A stretch of 63,947 bases of DNA, counting the filler, from Kipferlia bialata (Eukaryota), in assembly GCA_003568945.1 (NCBI GenBank). It is 5 parts of 4 records of this genome, joined end to end, with 100 filler letters (N's around TTAATTAATTAA, not from the genome) between each part and the next. Parts side by side here need not be neighbours in the genome. Positions count along the whole stretch, not along the records: positions 21,904 to 43,705 come from BDIP01000316.1; 4 more parts are not named here. The stretch is one strand, 5' to 3'. Below, piece by piece: positions 22,377 to 34,915 of this stretch. A program made the position numbers and the translations under genes. How positions within the stretch are numbered: the stretch's first letter is position 1; the number at the start of each line of letters is the position of its first letter. Under the pieces are notes generated by a model that saw only the letters and a program-made list of their open reading frames with translations, ran no database searches and was not told the DNA's origin.

Positions 22377-25300
22377 GATGAGACCACCCACCAATCCAGC
22401 CAGGACTGTCCCATAGGTGACACAGACAAGGACACAGAGAATGAGGATAAGGGTACTGACAAACCGCCACCCCCCACCCCCCTTGCCCTGACTGGTCCCT
22501 CCCTGGCACTCAGATCAGTGGTGCAGACACTCAGGACGCAGGTATCATGAGTAGTATATTATAGTGTAGTACACTATATGTATATATAGTGTACTGTATA
22601 CTGTGGTCTGTGGTGCAGACACTCAGGACGCAGGTGGGATTATATTTATATGTATTTATAATACAAAATCTAATAATGCTCAGGTGTTATATATGTAGTT
22701 TTCATTGTATCAGTGGTGCAGACACGCAGGACGCAGGTATTGTGTATAGGGTGTATAGCATATATGTAGTAGATACTGAGGACTCAGGTGGGCTATGTAC
22801 AGTATACGAAATATTGGTATGGGTCTTTTCCTCTTTGTGTATGTATATGTGACTGTTAAGTGGTGCATACACACAGCTAATAAGTATGTAGTGTGTAGTG
22901 AATCAGTATATTATATAACACTATTTAGGAGAATTAATATATAATAAAACATTTAGGCCAAAGGTGGTCTGCAATATATATAGATGTTATATAGATGTTG
23001 CATATACTCATTAACCCCCAGGTGACTGAGCCTGCCCATGCCGTCGTCAGGATATGTATACGTATATACATATATATATACATACTCATATATATATGTG
23101 TGTCCATTCTCACTCATAGGTGACTGAGCCTGCCCATGCCGTTGTTAGGATATGTATATGTATATACATACATACATATGTATATAGATGTTATATATAT
23201 ATATGTATGTACATACTCACTGACCCCTAGGTGACTGAGCCTGCCCATGTCGTGGTCAGGATATACATACCTGTGTGTGTATGTATATATGTATAGAGTA
23301 ACTGTCTATATTTATAGAGATAGAGAGACTGACCCCCAGGTGACTGAGCCTGCCCATGCAGTTGTGAGGATATACATTAATGTATATACATATATGTATA
23401 CATACTCCCATATATATATGTATGTACATACTCACTCACTCATAGGTGACTGAGCCTGCCCATGCCGTTGTTAGGATATACATTAATGTATATGCATATG
23501 ATATGATATGATAAATACATATACATTCATATATACAAATATATATATAATACTAATACACAATGTATCACTCACTCATAGGTGACTGAGCCCGCCCTTG
23601 CCATTGTGAGGAGTCTCGACAGGATACTGGACATTGGGATAGAGACAGAGGGCTCAGAGGGTATGGGTCTCCATAGTCATATATGTGTATTGTCTTGCAT
23701 ACTTATTCGTGTGTGTGTGGGGGGGTGGTTTGGACGACGTCTTTGGTCCACGGTGGGATGGACTCTAGACATGTAGTATTTGGTGATGTGCTTATGGTCA
23801 CTTATCATCCAGATTGATATAGTTACCCAACACTATCTTCCAATGTACCACCTGCCCCATTCTGGTACACTTTTACAATGTAGTTAGGTCCTTCACTCCG
23901 ACATCTCACCCAGGGTTTGCTCAATATACAGCCGGTCTTCGGGAGCTGGATGTCATGTCACTGGTGCCCATGGTGTTGAGGGTATGGATAGAGTATATGT
24001 ATATTTCTCCACGAAGTACATACATGCAAGTCTATGTATTCATGTATACAATTCTCTCGGTCCCAAGTACCAATCTCCAATATCAGAAGTACGGCTTCTC
24101 TACTGAAGTGTGCCGTCACTGCGCCCTGCTGACACAGACACTGGCGGAGGAGGCGGAAGGCGGTATGGTATATATTGATATGTATATATATATATATGGT
24201 TATATATATATATGCCCTTCAGACACAGACACTGGCAGAGTAGGCAGAAGACGGTTAGTAGTATGTTTGTATATGTGTGTGTATAGATATGTGTATGTAT
24301 GTATATATATATGCCCTGCTGACACAGACACTGGCGGAGGAGGCAGAAGACGGTATGGTTTATATTGATATGTATATGTATGCATATGTACATATATCCC
24401 CTTCTGACACAGACACTGGCAGAGTAGGCAGAAGACGGTTAGTAGTGTGTATACAAGTATAGAGTATAGCATTATTAACATGTGCCATCTCGCCGAGTGC
24501 TTACCCCAGATACCAAGCTCGTAGCCATGTATGAGACCGGTATCTGCGACCTACTTGCATTCTGCATGCATCAACACGGGTACGGCCATCGTGTAGAATT
24601 ACTAATCGTGTCGAATCTGTAAGAGCCCTCACTGCAGATACAACCCCGAGGTCAGTGGCCCCATCCTGAGTGCGATAGGCACCATTGCATATCCTGATGC
24701 CAACCTGGCCTCTATGCTGAAGACACCTCCATCGGGACAGGAGCCCATATACAAGTATGCGGTGACGGCATTGGAGGTGTGTACATACATATTTGTATAT
24801 ATGTATGTTTATATATAAGTATAGATGAGTATGTATGTATAAGAGGGTNNNNNNNNNNNNNNTTTATATATAAGTATAGATGAGTATGTATGTATAAGAG
24901 GGTGGGTATGAGCCCATCTACAAGTATGCCGTGACGGCATTGGAGGTATAGTATTGAGTATATATATACATATTGACAATCTTACACGTTGTCAAATGTA
25001 TAGGAGTATGTCAACGTGACAGAAGCAGAGATATTTGTATTAATTCATAAATTGTCATCTCCTTCTGACCCCCCAGACCACTCCAGACCACGCACACACA
25101 CACACATATATATAACAATATTCAACAGCACTATTCGACTCTTTTGTATATATGAATATGTGTGTATGTTTGTGCATCTCCCTCTTACTATATATATATA
25201 TCCAGACCACCCCAGACTATATGCTTGTCAAGGCTCCTACATCCTATCACTGCTACTATTTATATATTTATATGTGTGTGTGTGTGTGTGTGTATATATA

Positions 25301-28300
25301 AGCTTATATTACAGTCTCACCCCCCAGACCACTCCAGATGAGTACTTTGTTGTCAAGTCCGTGTCCTACCTGCTGTCTCTGTTGCTCAACGCAGACTCTG
25401 AGGCTGCTGTACCGGACCTGTATCTACCCCCATTGGTGCACTTGATCGGACACTGCGCAGAGGTGTGCATGTAGATAGAGGGTATATATAGAGATATATG
25501 GTACGGTATATATAGTATACAGTATTAGCCCCCTGGTCCACTTAATAGTGCAGTGCTACAGCGTAGAGGTGGGAGAGCTACACAGTGTTTCTACCTATCT
25601 TCTACGTGTACTGTATATGAATAGAAGTATGAATTCATCAATACCTCTGGATGGTTTGGGTATCCGGTTGTGATGTGGATAATTGTTGCCGCCCTATTTC
25701 CCTCACCCCCAGGCTGTAGTCGACACTGAAGAGGCCGTAGATCTCTCCTGCCACCTGTTTGACTGCCTGACCCAGTACTCAGGTACCATGTATATATGTA
25801 TATATTATATACCTTATATATATATATAGGTACCATGTATACCCATGTGACGTCAGTATCACGGTGTGTCCGTTATATATATGGATATAAATATGGCCCC
25901 TTCTATAAGCTACCTAAGCTGACTCAGTATTCAGATACTGTATATAATGTACTATGATGCATACTCTTTGTGGTGTTGTGTTTGTATGTGTCTCACCCGC
26001 ATTCAAGGACTTCTGGCGGTGTTTGAAATATTCACAAGTATATGTGTGTTTCCATCTCTCTATGAGGAGTCAATTACTCTGTTTTGTGAAGCATGTATAC
26101 ATACGATAACCCCAGTCAAGGCCTTCTCCTCCTGCTACGGGGTAACTATAATATATACTATATTTGGAGTGTTATATGTATATATATGTATTAGTAGTAT
26201 ATATATATGTATATATGTATTGTACCTCATCCCAGTCAAGGCCTTCTCCTCCTGCTACGAGGTCGGGGCCCACTTCACTGCCATCCATACCCTCAAGGCA
26301 TACCCTGAGTGTGAGGTCAGGTGTCAGAAGGCCACCTTCCTGCTATGCACACTCCTGGCACAGGCAGCGGAGGAGGGGAAAGGTGGGTATCTTGTGTATA
26401 TGTATATATACTACTGTAATGATATATATTTTTTTTGTATATATATGCACCCTCTTGGTACAGGCAGCGGAGGAGGGGAAAGGTATATATATTTATTATT
26501 TATACTATATATAGTGTGTATTCACTGTATATGTTCACTATTATTTGACTGTATACTAGTGTTTGCATATGTATACTGCTATATGCACACTCTTGATACA
26601 GTCACAGGAGGGGGGTGGGTATGTGTGTACATATGCTAACTATGTGTATATATATATGTATATATATATATGTTCATTCAATTTTATACAACAATGGGTA
26701 GCTGAGTTTACATTGTTGCTATGTTCACTCATCCGTCAAATGTAACTACAAGTAAGAGTATATCACTATAAGTTTATGTCACTCTAAATATATATCACTA
26801 TAAGTATATATCACTATAAAAATGTATCACTTGTAAGTGCACACTATAAGTATATATATATTACTATAAGTGTATATATTTATCACTGTAAGTGCACACT
26901 CATCTGTCAGAGGAGGAGGCGGTCGGTGTCATGGTGAGAGCGGGTGCGGTGCCCGATGTACTGGCAGTGCTAGAGGGACACGCAGACAACGCAGAGGTAT
27001 CATACACATGAGTATATATATGTATATATATGAGTGTGTATGTAGATATGATTGCTATATAGTAGCATAGTAGTGTAGTGCTTGATGGACACCCAGACAA
27101 CGCAGAGGTATTGTATTAGTATATATATATATATATATGAGTATGTATGTAGATGAATAATGGTCGGTGATGTATCCATAGTGTATATTATATATATTTA
27201 TACACTATGATATATACTATATATATATATAGTGTGTATATATACCATATATAAATAGTGCTGCCAGTGCTGGAGAGTGTGAGGAGGTAAGAGCTTTACA
27301 ATTTTCGTATGTACTTATTAATATACATGTATATATTTATGTGTGCATAATAGAAGCGTATGTGTGTGATGATTTTGTATATCGCTATATGTGTATTGAT
27401 TTGTGTGAGAGACGTGGGATATGCTGGAGAGATTCGGGGACTGTGACGAAGTGAGTGTGTGTATACAGTGTTATAGGGTGGCTGTATATACAGTGCCAAG
27501 AGGCAATGACGTCCCCCGTCTCTTGAAGGCTGCTACCTATCTCACTGCAGGTGCTTGACCCATGTTTCGATGCCCTGACAGCCCTGATGCTCGATGGTAT
27601 GTAGCAGTGGTGTATACTACTGTATCCAACACTCCTATCATTGTGGTGTAAGAATCTCTCTTGTTGTGTATCCTCTCTCTCATCTTCAGATGGTGTCACA
27701 GCCAAGGCCCTCTATGAGGCAGGGACACACACCAAGGCACTCAGAGTGGCTGCTACATTCCCAGGTACATATATGTATATAGATATATATGTATATAGAT
27801 ATATATGTATAGACATGTATATAGATCCCACCAAAGCACTCAGGATGGCTGCTACATTCCCAGGTGTATAGATCTATATGTGTATGAATGTGTGAGAGAG
27901 TCTGGATGCTATGTATATATGGTTTGGATACTGAGTTTAGTATTTCCCACCTGCAGACAACTCTGACTGGTGTGAGGTGTATATCACCATTGCAATATGT
28001 ATACATTTGGAGTAATATCCTTATCACTCTAACATACCCAGCCAACCCCGGGCTAGTCACCAGTGTATGCAGACATCTGAGCAGGATAGCAAACGACAAC
28101 GGTAAGGCTGTATAAGATACCTGACTACTTTCAACTATGATCTTTGGTTACTGCTCATGACCTTCTGGTACGGATATATACAGAGTCTGCTGGAGGTGCA
28201 GTACGACTACTTGTGCATGTACTTATTGGTCAATGGTGTATGTTCATACATATGGCAGAGGAGCGATCCACTGTCCTGATATTCCTGATACTAATCATAT

Positions 28301-31300
28301 ACTAATCATATACTAATCATATGCTAATCATATACCAATTATAGAGAGACGGATATTGTATGTATATATGTGAGTCATCGCTAATGGCAGAGGACCGCTC
28401 CACTGCCCTTATGCACATGGGTGCCATCAAGACAGCACTATCTGTCATGGACAGACACGGGGACAACGATGAGGTATAAACATATGTATATACATATGTA
28501 TATACAAATGTATATAGAGAGAGATATAGGTAGAGTATGTCAGTGTATGTGTAGAGATATAGTAGGTTAGTCTAGTCTCTCAGTCATGGACAGACACGGA
28601 CAGATGTGAATCATGGAGTATTGAAGTGTGGGGAGATAGATGGAATGGCACGAGGACACTGATGTACATATAGTGACATATTCAGAGAGTGTATAAGTAT
28701 ACAGACACACACATGGTGTAATTAACTCGCACCTTGGCTGTACTGTTTGCCCATGTCCCTACAATACAATACCATATGTAGTATAGCTAGTACTATGTCA
28801 TGTTTCTCTCTGTGTGTGATGTAGCGAGTCTTGATACTCCCACTCACCCAGGCTGTGTTGTTTGGCCTTACCCTCATTATATATATATATATATGTAGTA
28901 TATTTAATTATTATTCATATACATACATGTGTATATTGGTGTGACTCTTACCCACCCCCAGGCTGTGTTGTTTGGCCTAGTCCTCATCAATGGCATCAAG
29001 GACAAAGCACGTACGTCATAAGCCAATGTGTATCATGTTACTACTCTCTCGAAATGTGGGTCTCTCTACTCTTATCCAAATATCGGCAAACCTTGTCCCC
29101 CATCAGAATATATATATCAGTGTATATATCAGGTATAAAGGTTCATCCTAGTCCCCCGTCAGGTGTATTGGGTTCAAGTCATGTATCCTATAGATGTGTT
29201 GATGTATCATGTATGTATGAGGAATATGGAGTACATGGTATGTGTCATATATGTGAACATATGTGTACATATGTCTGCAACTGACCCTCAGGATTAGGTC
29301 ACGTCATTACCTATAGTAAGTATATATATATGTATGTGGGTATATACTTATATTTATGCATATATACATGTGATGTCTCTCTCACCCCAGCTGAGGATGA
29401 GTTCAAGGCCCACCTGATAGAGATTGGAGGGCACGAGGCAGCCATCAGAGTGCTCAAGGTAATGCACTCACATACTTCCATATACTGATTGAGTATTGTG
29501 CGTAGCTACTGACCCTACAGGCGAACATGACCCCTAATACGGAGTATATTATTGATACAATAGTATATAGTGTATATGTTGATAAATGGAAGGTACAAGT
29601 GCTGACTGACCCTTAGGCATACATGACATAGATACTGATGGAGTATATAGTATAGATACTGACCCTCCAGATGTACATGACCCCTGATACAGAGGAGGCA
29701 TATGACAGAGTATAGATACTGAGAGATTGTGTTGTATATATACTGACCCTCCAGATGTACATGACCCCTGACACAGAGGAGGGAGTGGCAGCTGTCTCAG
29801 AGGCCGCTGGCATCCTGTGGAACCTGACATACGATGGTGGGTGCATGTACTGTATATGAGTATGTATATATATGATGGTAGGGCTCGACTGTATATACAC
29901 TGCCCACACATATTTGTAGGTAAATACACACACACATATTTATATATATATATATATGGAGCTTGTATACTGGATATATATGATCTTATATGTATCCCGT
30001 GGAACCTGACAAGCATATCAATACCGATATCGACTGTATCTACATTATGCATCCCTGATGTGGTCTCACCTGTCAGACAAGATCTTCCGCCTTGATATCT
30101 TCAACCTGAACATTTGGTCACTGACACACACTGTTAACAATACATTACAGTATATTAGCCATTACTACATGGTCCAACCCCAGACAAGACCTTCCGCCCT
30201 GATATCTTCAACCTGGACAATGTTGGCCTACTGGTCCCATTCCTCGGTACATGCAAGGTGACATCAATCACACATCATCTATGGGACCATACTCGGTGAG
30301 AGGGTGGATCTTTGCCTCTGAGAATCCCCACGATTTACATTTGTTAATATTCTTGCACATCTCTTAGTACTCACCTCCCTAACCCAGCATGATGAGAGGG
30401 TGGTTCTATCCGTCCTGATCAATATACCCTATACCCTATACACTCTACCTATGTTACTACTATTGCATGCTTGAGTGCTCTCCTCTCTAACCCAGCATGA
30501 TGAGAGGGTGGTCCTATCCTCTATATGTTTCTTACTACTAGTACAATATATAGTATCTCTTTGTTATATTGTTTCTTTCTCCTTCTCTAATCCAGGACGA
30601 TGAGCGAGTGGTCCTATCCGTCCTGGGCACCTTAGCCAACATGTGTCACTGTGACACCCTACGCGATGTGTTGTTTGAGATGGGTGTGCACAAGATGGCA
30701 CATGAGGGCCTCAAAGCATTCCCAGAGACTGAGAACAGTCCCGTGATAGCGGAGTCCATGTGCGAGATCATTATGCAGTTTGCAGGGGCAGGTATTTGTG
30801 AATGTGAATCTTAAGAACCTTAATGTATTACTACTCACTCAGCCTCAGTCTTTAGCAATGGCAAAACTGAGTGTACCCACTATTGGAAATGTGTATAATA
30901 TAATCGTAGCAGGTCATCGCACTCTTACTTATCGTCAGGCCTGTCCAGTGTCAGGATGAAATTGATGATTGTATGTAAATGTAGTGTACAACCATTACAG
31001 CTATTTTTGTCTTACCCCCAGGCATGTCCAATGTCAAGACCTTGATAGCAGATGGGTGCACAGAGTGGGTGGTGGGTGCCCTCAAGCAGTATGGGACAGA
31101 CCCGGAGCAGAGTGATCTAGTCTTAGTAGGGCTAGGGGCACTCGGGTATATGGCAGAGGAAGGTATGGGTTGATGCATTAATATTCATATTTATATATTC
31201 ATGTATCTATATACCCACACACATACATATTGTGACGTTGCCTTGAGGGAGATTGGTGCACTGGGGTATTTGGCAGAGGAAGGTGAGGGGGTTTACACAT

Positions 31301-31584
31301 ACTTTCATAGTCACTCTTCTGGTTAAGTGTGGTGGTGGCAAACTGTTTATGGATAGAAGAGTCTTCTACTAGTGTATTTACGTGAGTTCACTACTAGGCC
31401 CACTAGTATATATCGTATCATACTGTCTATATCTGCACTACCCCCAGACTCCCATGTGAAGACGATGATAGAGATGGGCGTCCTGGACACTGTAGAGTCT
31501 GTCTGTGCGGCACATGCCGACAACCAGGAGGTGCATGGCGTGGGTATCAAGGTCAGAGAGACCCTGGAGGGGAAGGTCAGGTAG
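22377..31584 (+). CDS. Armadillo/ARM-repeat protein, multi-exon (5' end lost at the linker)
   Basis: Exon peptides such as VGVMVRAGAVPDVLAVLEGHADNAE, MHMGAIKTALSVMDRHGDNDE, EAAGILWNLTYD, VVLSVLGTLANMC and MIEMGVLDTVESVCAAHADNQEV are ARM-type helical repeats; stop at 31584. Confidence 0.8.
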
Positions 31585-31923
31585 TGGCTCTATGCATAGT
31601 GGTTAGGGATGATTGATCATGAGTGATCTGGAGGGGACGAAACGTAAGTACGGTCATAAAACCATCATGTTATGTTACAGCACAGAGGAATAGTGGTTCT
31701 CAAACAACAGAGAAACTATATCTTTAGTGGCAATCAGGCATAGACAGATATTTGACTTAAATGAGAATCTATGTTTTTGGCGGCTATTAAGCCTTTAACA
31801 TAAAATCTTAGACTTGAGGCTGAGATCATAAAAGGGTGTAGGAGAACACAAATATCCGTTTTCCAAATCGGATGGTATCAGTCAAGGCCACACACATCTC
31901 CCTATGTCTAACCCTCCCCGGTT

Positions 31924-34494
31924 ATGCACCTCAAGTGTCACATATGCCATATAGGTACAGTAGTAGAAGTATTGTGGGACGAGATGGTAGCAGATATGTA
32001 CATACAGCCCCCCCCCCCCTCCCCCCTCATCTATCTCATTCTCTATACATATATCAGTATATACAAATCCACCCTATCCCAGACCGCCCCCTGCCCTTCC
32101 TCGTCACCCCGTGCCACCACGCCTTTCATGTACAGTGTCTGAGTGAGTGGCTGGGCACTAAGAGGGAGGCCTATGAGTGCAACCACTCAACATGTCCAGA
32201 GTGTAGAGCAGAGTGTAGCATCGACACTTGCATTGTTATTCTGGGGCAGGTATGAGGCTCCTGCATTACCAACGACGTATACTGGCAGAGTGCATGTTGT
32301 GATATGTATGTACTCTTTGCCGTCCCTCTTGACTTCCCCCCTACATCCCCCCCCCCACCCTCCAGCCCTCTCTCTCACCCGCCTCACCCTATCGCCCCCC
32401 TCTCTCTCTCCCATCCTCCCCCTCACCCACGTTGTATGATACTGATACTGATACTTCAGTGTGGTACCAGTCAGTTATATAGTATTCCTCTCTCTCTTCC
32501 AGTGCATACCAGCATACTAACTCAGGACGAGGCGTGTTACGTATGCAGTGACTGCGGTGCTACCAAGACAGTGGCTGAATGTCATCAGAAAGACCACCCC
32601 GAGACTGCCCACCACCCTCAGCATGAGGTTGTTGACAACACTCAGGGTAGGGAGACAGGAGCTAACACAGGCCCTGTCCCAGGTGTCACTGGGGGTGTGA
32701 GCCTGANNNNNNNNNNNNNNNNNNNNNNNNNNNNNNNNNNNNNNNNNNNNNNNNNNNNNNNNNNNNNNNNNNNNNNNNNNNNNNNNNNNNNNNNNNNNNN
32801 NNNNNNTAGTATCCTTCTCCCCCCAGGACAGAGGAATTCGGCTTCATTAGAGGCTACAATCCCAATCCTGGCGTTTGTGTTGCGCGGTGCCCTGGACGCT
32901 GATGTGGCGGATTGGGAGGTAAGACAGGTTGAGGCATATACTCATATCGACTCTTCTACAGAGAGTTTCCAGTTACATGTATAGTGCTTGAGAGGAGTTT
33001 CAGAGGGCGACAATTGAATCCGATGATGCAAGAGACTGAAGTATGAATGGTACTCATTAACAAACAACACAATACATGAACTTCATGATGAAGCGCTAAC
33101 CCTCAGACTGTCCTAGAAGCTCTCGACACACTGCTTGCTCTTGTCTCACATGATGGTATGTAGCGTGTCTGGGATGGTCTCCCTCTCCCCCAGTATAGTG
33201 ACTATACTAGTCACTCTACTATAGTCACTCTACTATAGTGTGATTTAGCAGTGTTGTATGTGGTTGACTCATTCTCCAGACAGTGGCACTTCCCACTTGT
33301 CATTCATAGGTGTATTCTGTCACCCCTTAGTCCTCCGTTTGATCACCGAGAGTGTGGATGCTGAGGCTGCACAGAGACTCGAGCTCGTGCATACGGCCAC
33401 ATCAGTGATATGGCATATGTTATGGTGTGAGTACTTCTGTATAGTAAACTATCTGAAAGAATACTATTCCTAGTGTAGTATATAAGGTCATCGCACCCTT
33501 ATCTGTATTTGCACTAACATTCTCTAACTGTGTTTCAATATGATTTAACGTAACAGGCGACAATCACCCAGACAACATCTACAACATGGAGCTGGTCGAG
33601 CACCTATGGCCACTTCTCACAGATCACCAGGTAGTATAGTATCCTTTTCGTAAGACACAACTGTGAACCTGGATACCCCCTACAGTACTGACAAAGACTT
33701 TCTGAGAGAACACTCTCTTTAGGCGATGTTCTACAATTACCTAACACAGGCCCACGAAGGCATTGTCGACAACGTGCTTAGCTCGTTTGCACTTCTTGCC
33801 GCTTCCCATTTGGCTCAACCCGTCTTTGACCTTGGGGTCCTTGAGGCTGCTCGCAAAGCCATGGCTGACTTTCCTGGTATTGTCAGCTTCGCTGAAACCA
33901 TGTGTGAGCTAGTAGCAGTGTTTACAGAGACAGGTAACCTCGTTGACAGTGAGATATAATGGGCAATCATCACACTACAAAGTATTAATAACTCGTTAAT
34001 TCATTAAGTGTATATTAGTAATACTGCTAATCTATAACCGATCAGTATCTTACTCAGATGCACTGCGCCGAGCCTCTGCGATATCCAATGGGTACACTCA
34101 GACAGTGCTTGATGCCTTAACCGTGTGGGGAACAGAAGGGTATGGTTCCACAGTTGCCGAACTTGGCCTCAGTGCCTTGTCCACTCTAGCACTCGAAGGT
34201 GGGTGTTGAGTATTGGCCGTTTGAGTGGTTGGCAGTGTCAACCAAATGACACAGGGTGCTATTCAATGTATCACATAATGTCTCACCCCTCAGCCTCCCA
34301 TGTGCAGACCATGGTTGATATGGGTGTACTGGACACTGTAGAGTCCAGCCTCCCATGTGCAGACCATGGTTGATATGGGTGTACTGGACACTGTAGAGTC
34401 TGTCATTGTGGCACACCCTGGGGATGGTGACATCCGTGCAGCGGGAGAGGCAGTGAGAGAGAGACTGAAGGGGAGAGAGGGAGAGGTTCCCTAA
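31924..34494 (+). CDS. RING-H2 plus ARM-repeat protein (putative E3 ligase), paralog of the upstream ARM gene; contains an N gap
   Basis: MHLKCHICHI|DRPLPFLVTPCHHAFHVQC...CPECR is a RING-H2. C-terminal exons (FDLGVLEAARKAMADFP, SHVQTMVDMGVLDTVESV) parallel those of 30596-31584. Confidence 0.75.
34291..34400 (+). repeat. Perfect 55-bp tandem duplication spanning a 3' splice site
   Basis: 34291-34345 equals 34346-34400; both begin with the acceptor CAG. Confidence 0.95.
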
Positions 34495-34618
34495 TAGTTG
34501 GTAGAAGTCTGACTCTGGTGGAATACATACTAGAACACGTGTACAATAAACAATCTGACACTGAACCACAACTGATGGGAATGGCAGAACCTGGTGGAGC
34601 ATATCCTCTTCTGCAACA

Positions 34619-34760
34619 AAAGGGTGTAGGAGAATACAAATATCCGTTTTCCGAATCGGATGGCATCAGACTCTGATTCAGAGAGAACGAGGCCACTCAC
34701 ATCTCTCTAAGGCCAACTGCCCTGTTATGCACCTTGAGTGTCACATATGCCATATAGGTA
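34619..34760 (+). pseudogene. Orphan copy of the upstream region and first exon of the RING-H2/ARM gene
   Basis: Similar to 31831-31960 (aaagggtgtaggagaa.acaaatatccgttttcc.aatcggatgg). ATG at 34727 gives MHLECHICHI followed by a GT donor; no second exon seen before the Kelch gene 3' end. Confidence 0.7.
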
Positions 34761-34915
34761 CAACTGGAAGTATGTGAGCGAGATATTACGTAATACTCTT
34801 GCTTATGCACTTTCCCCCCTCCCCCTCTCCCTTCTACTCTCTCTCTCCCTCATACCTTAATCACGTGATATTCAGTACATACATAAGTTAGGTAATACAT
34901 ACATATGTTAATTGA

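Noticed and set aside
23022..23620. Regularly spaced direct repeats resembling a CRISPR array
   Set aside because: The repeats are exon starts with splice acceptors, the spacers are low-complexity, there are no cas genes, and the context is eukaryotic.
24808..24903. Identical 41-bp sequence on both sides of an N gap
   Set aside because: Typical unmerged contig overlap.
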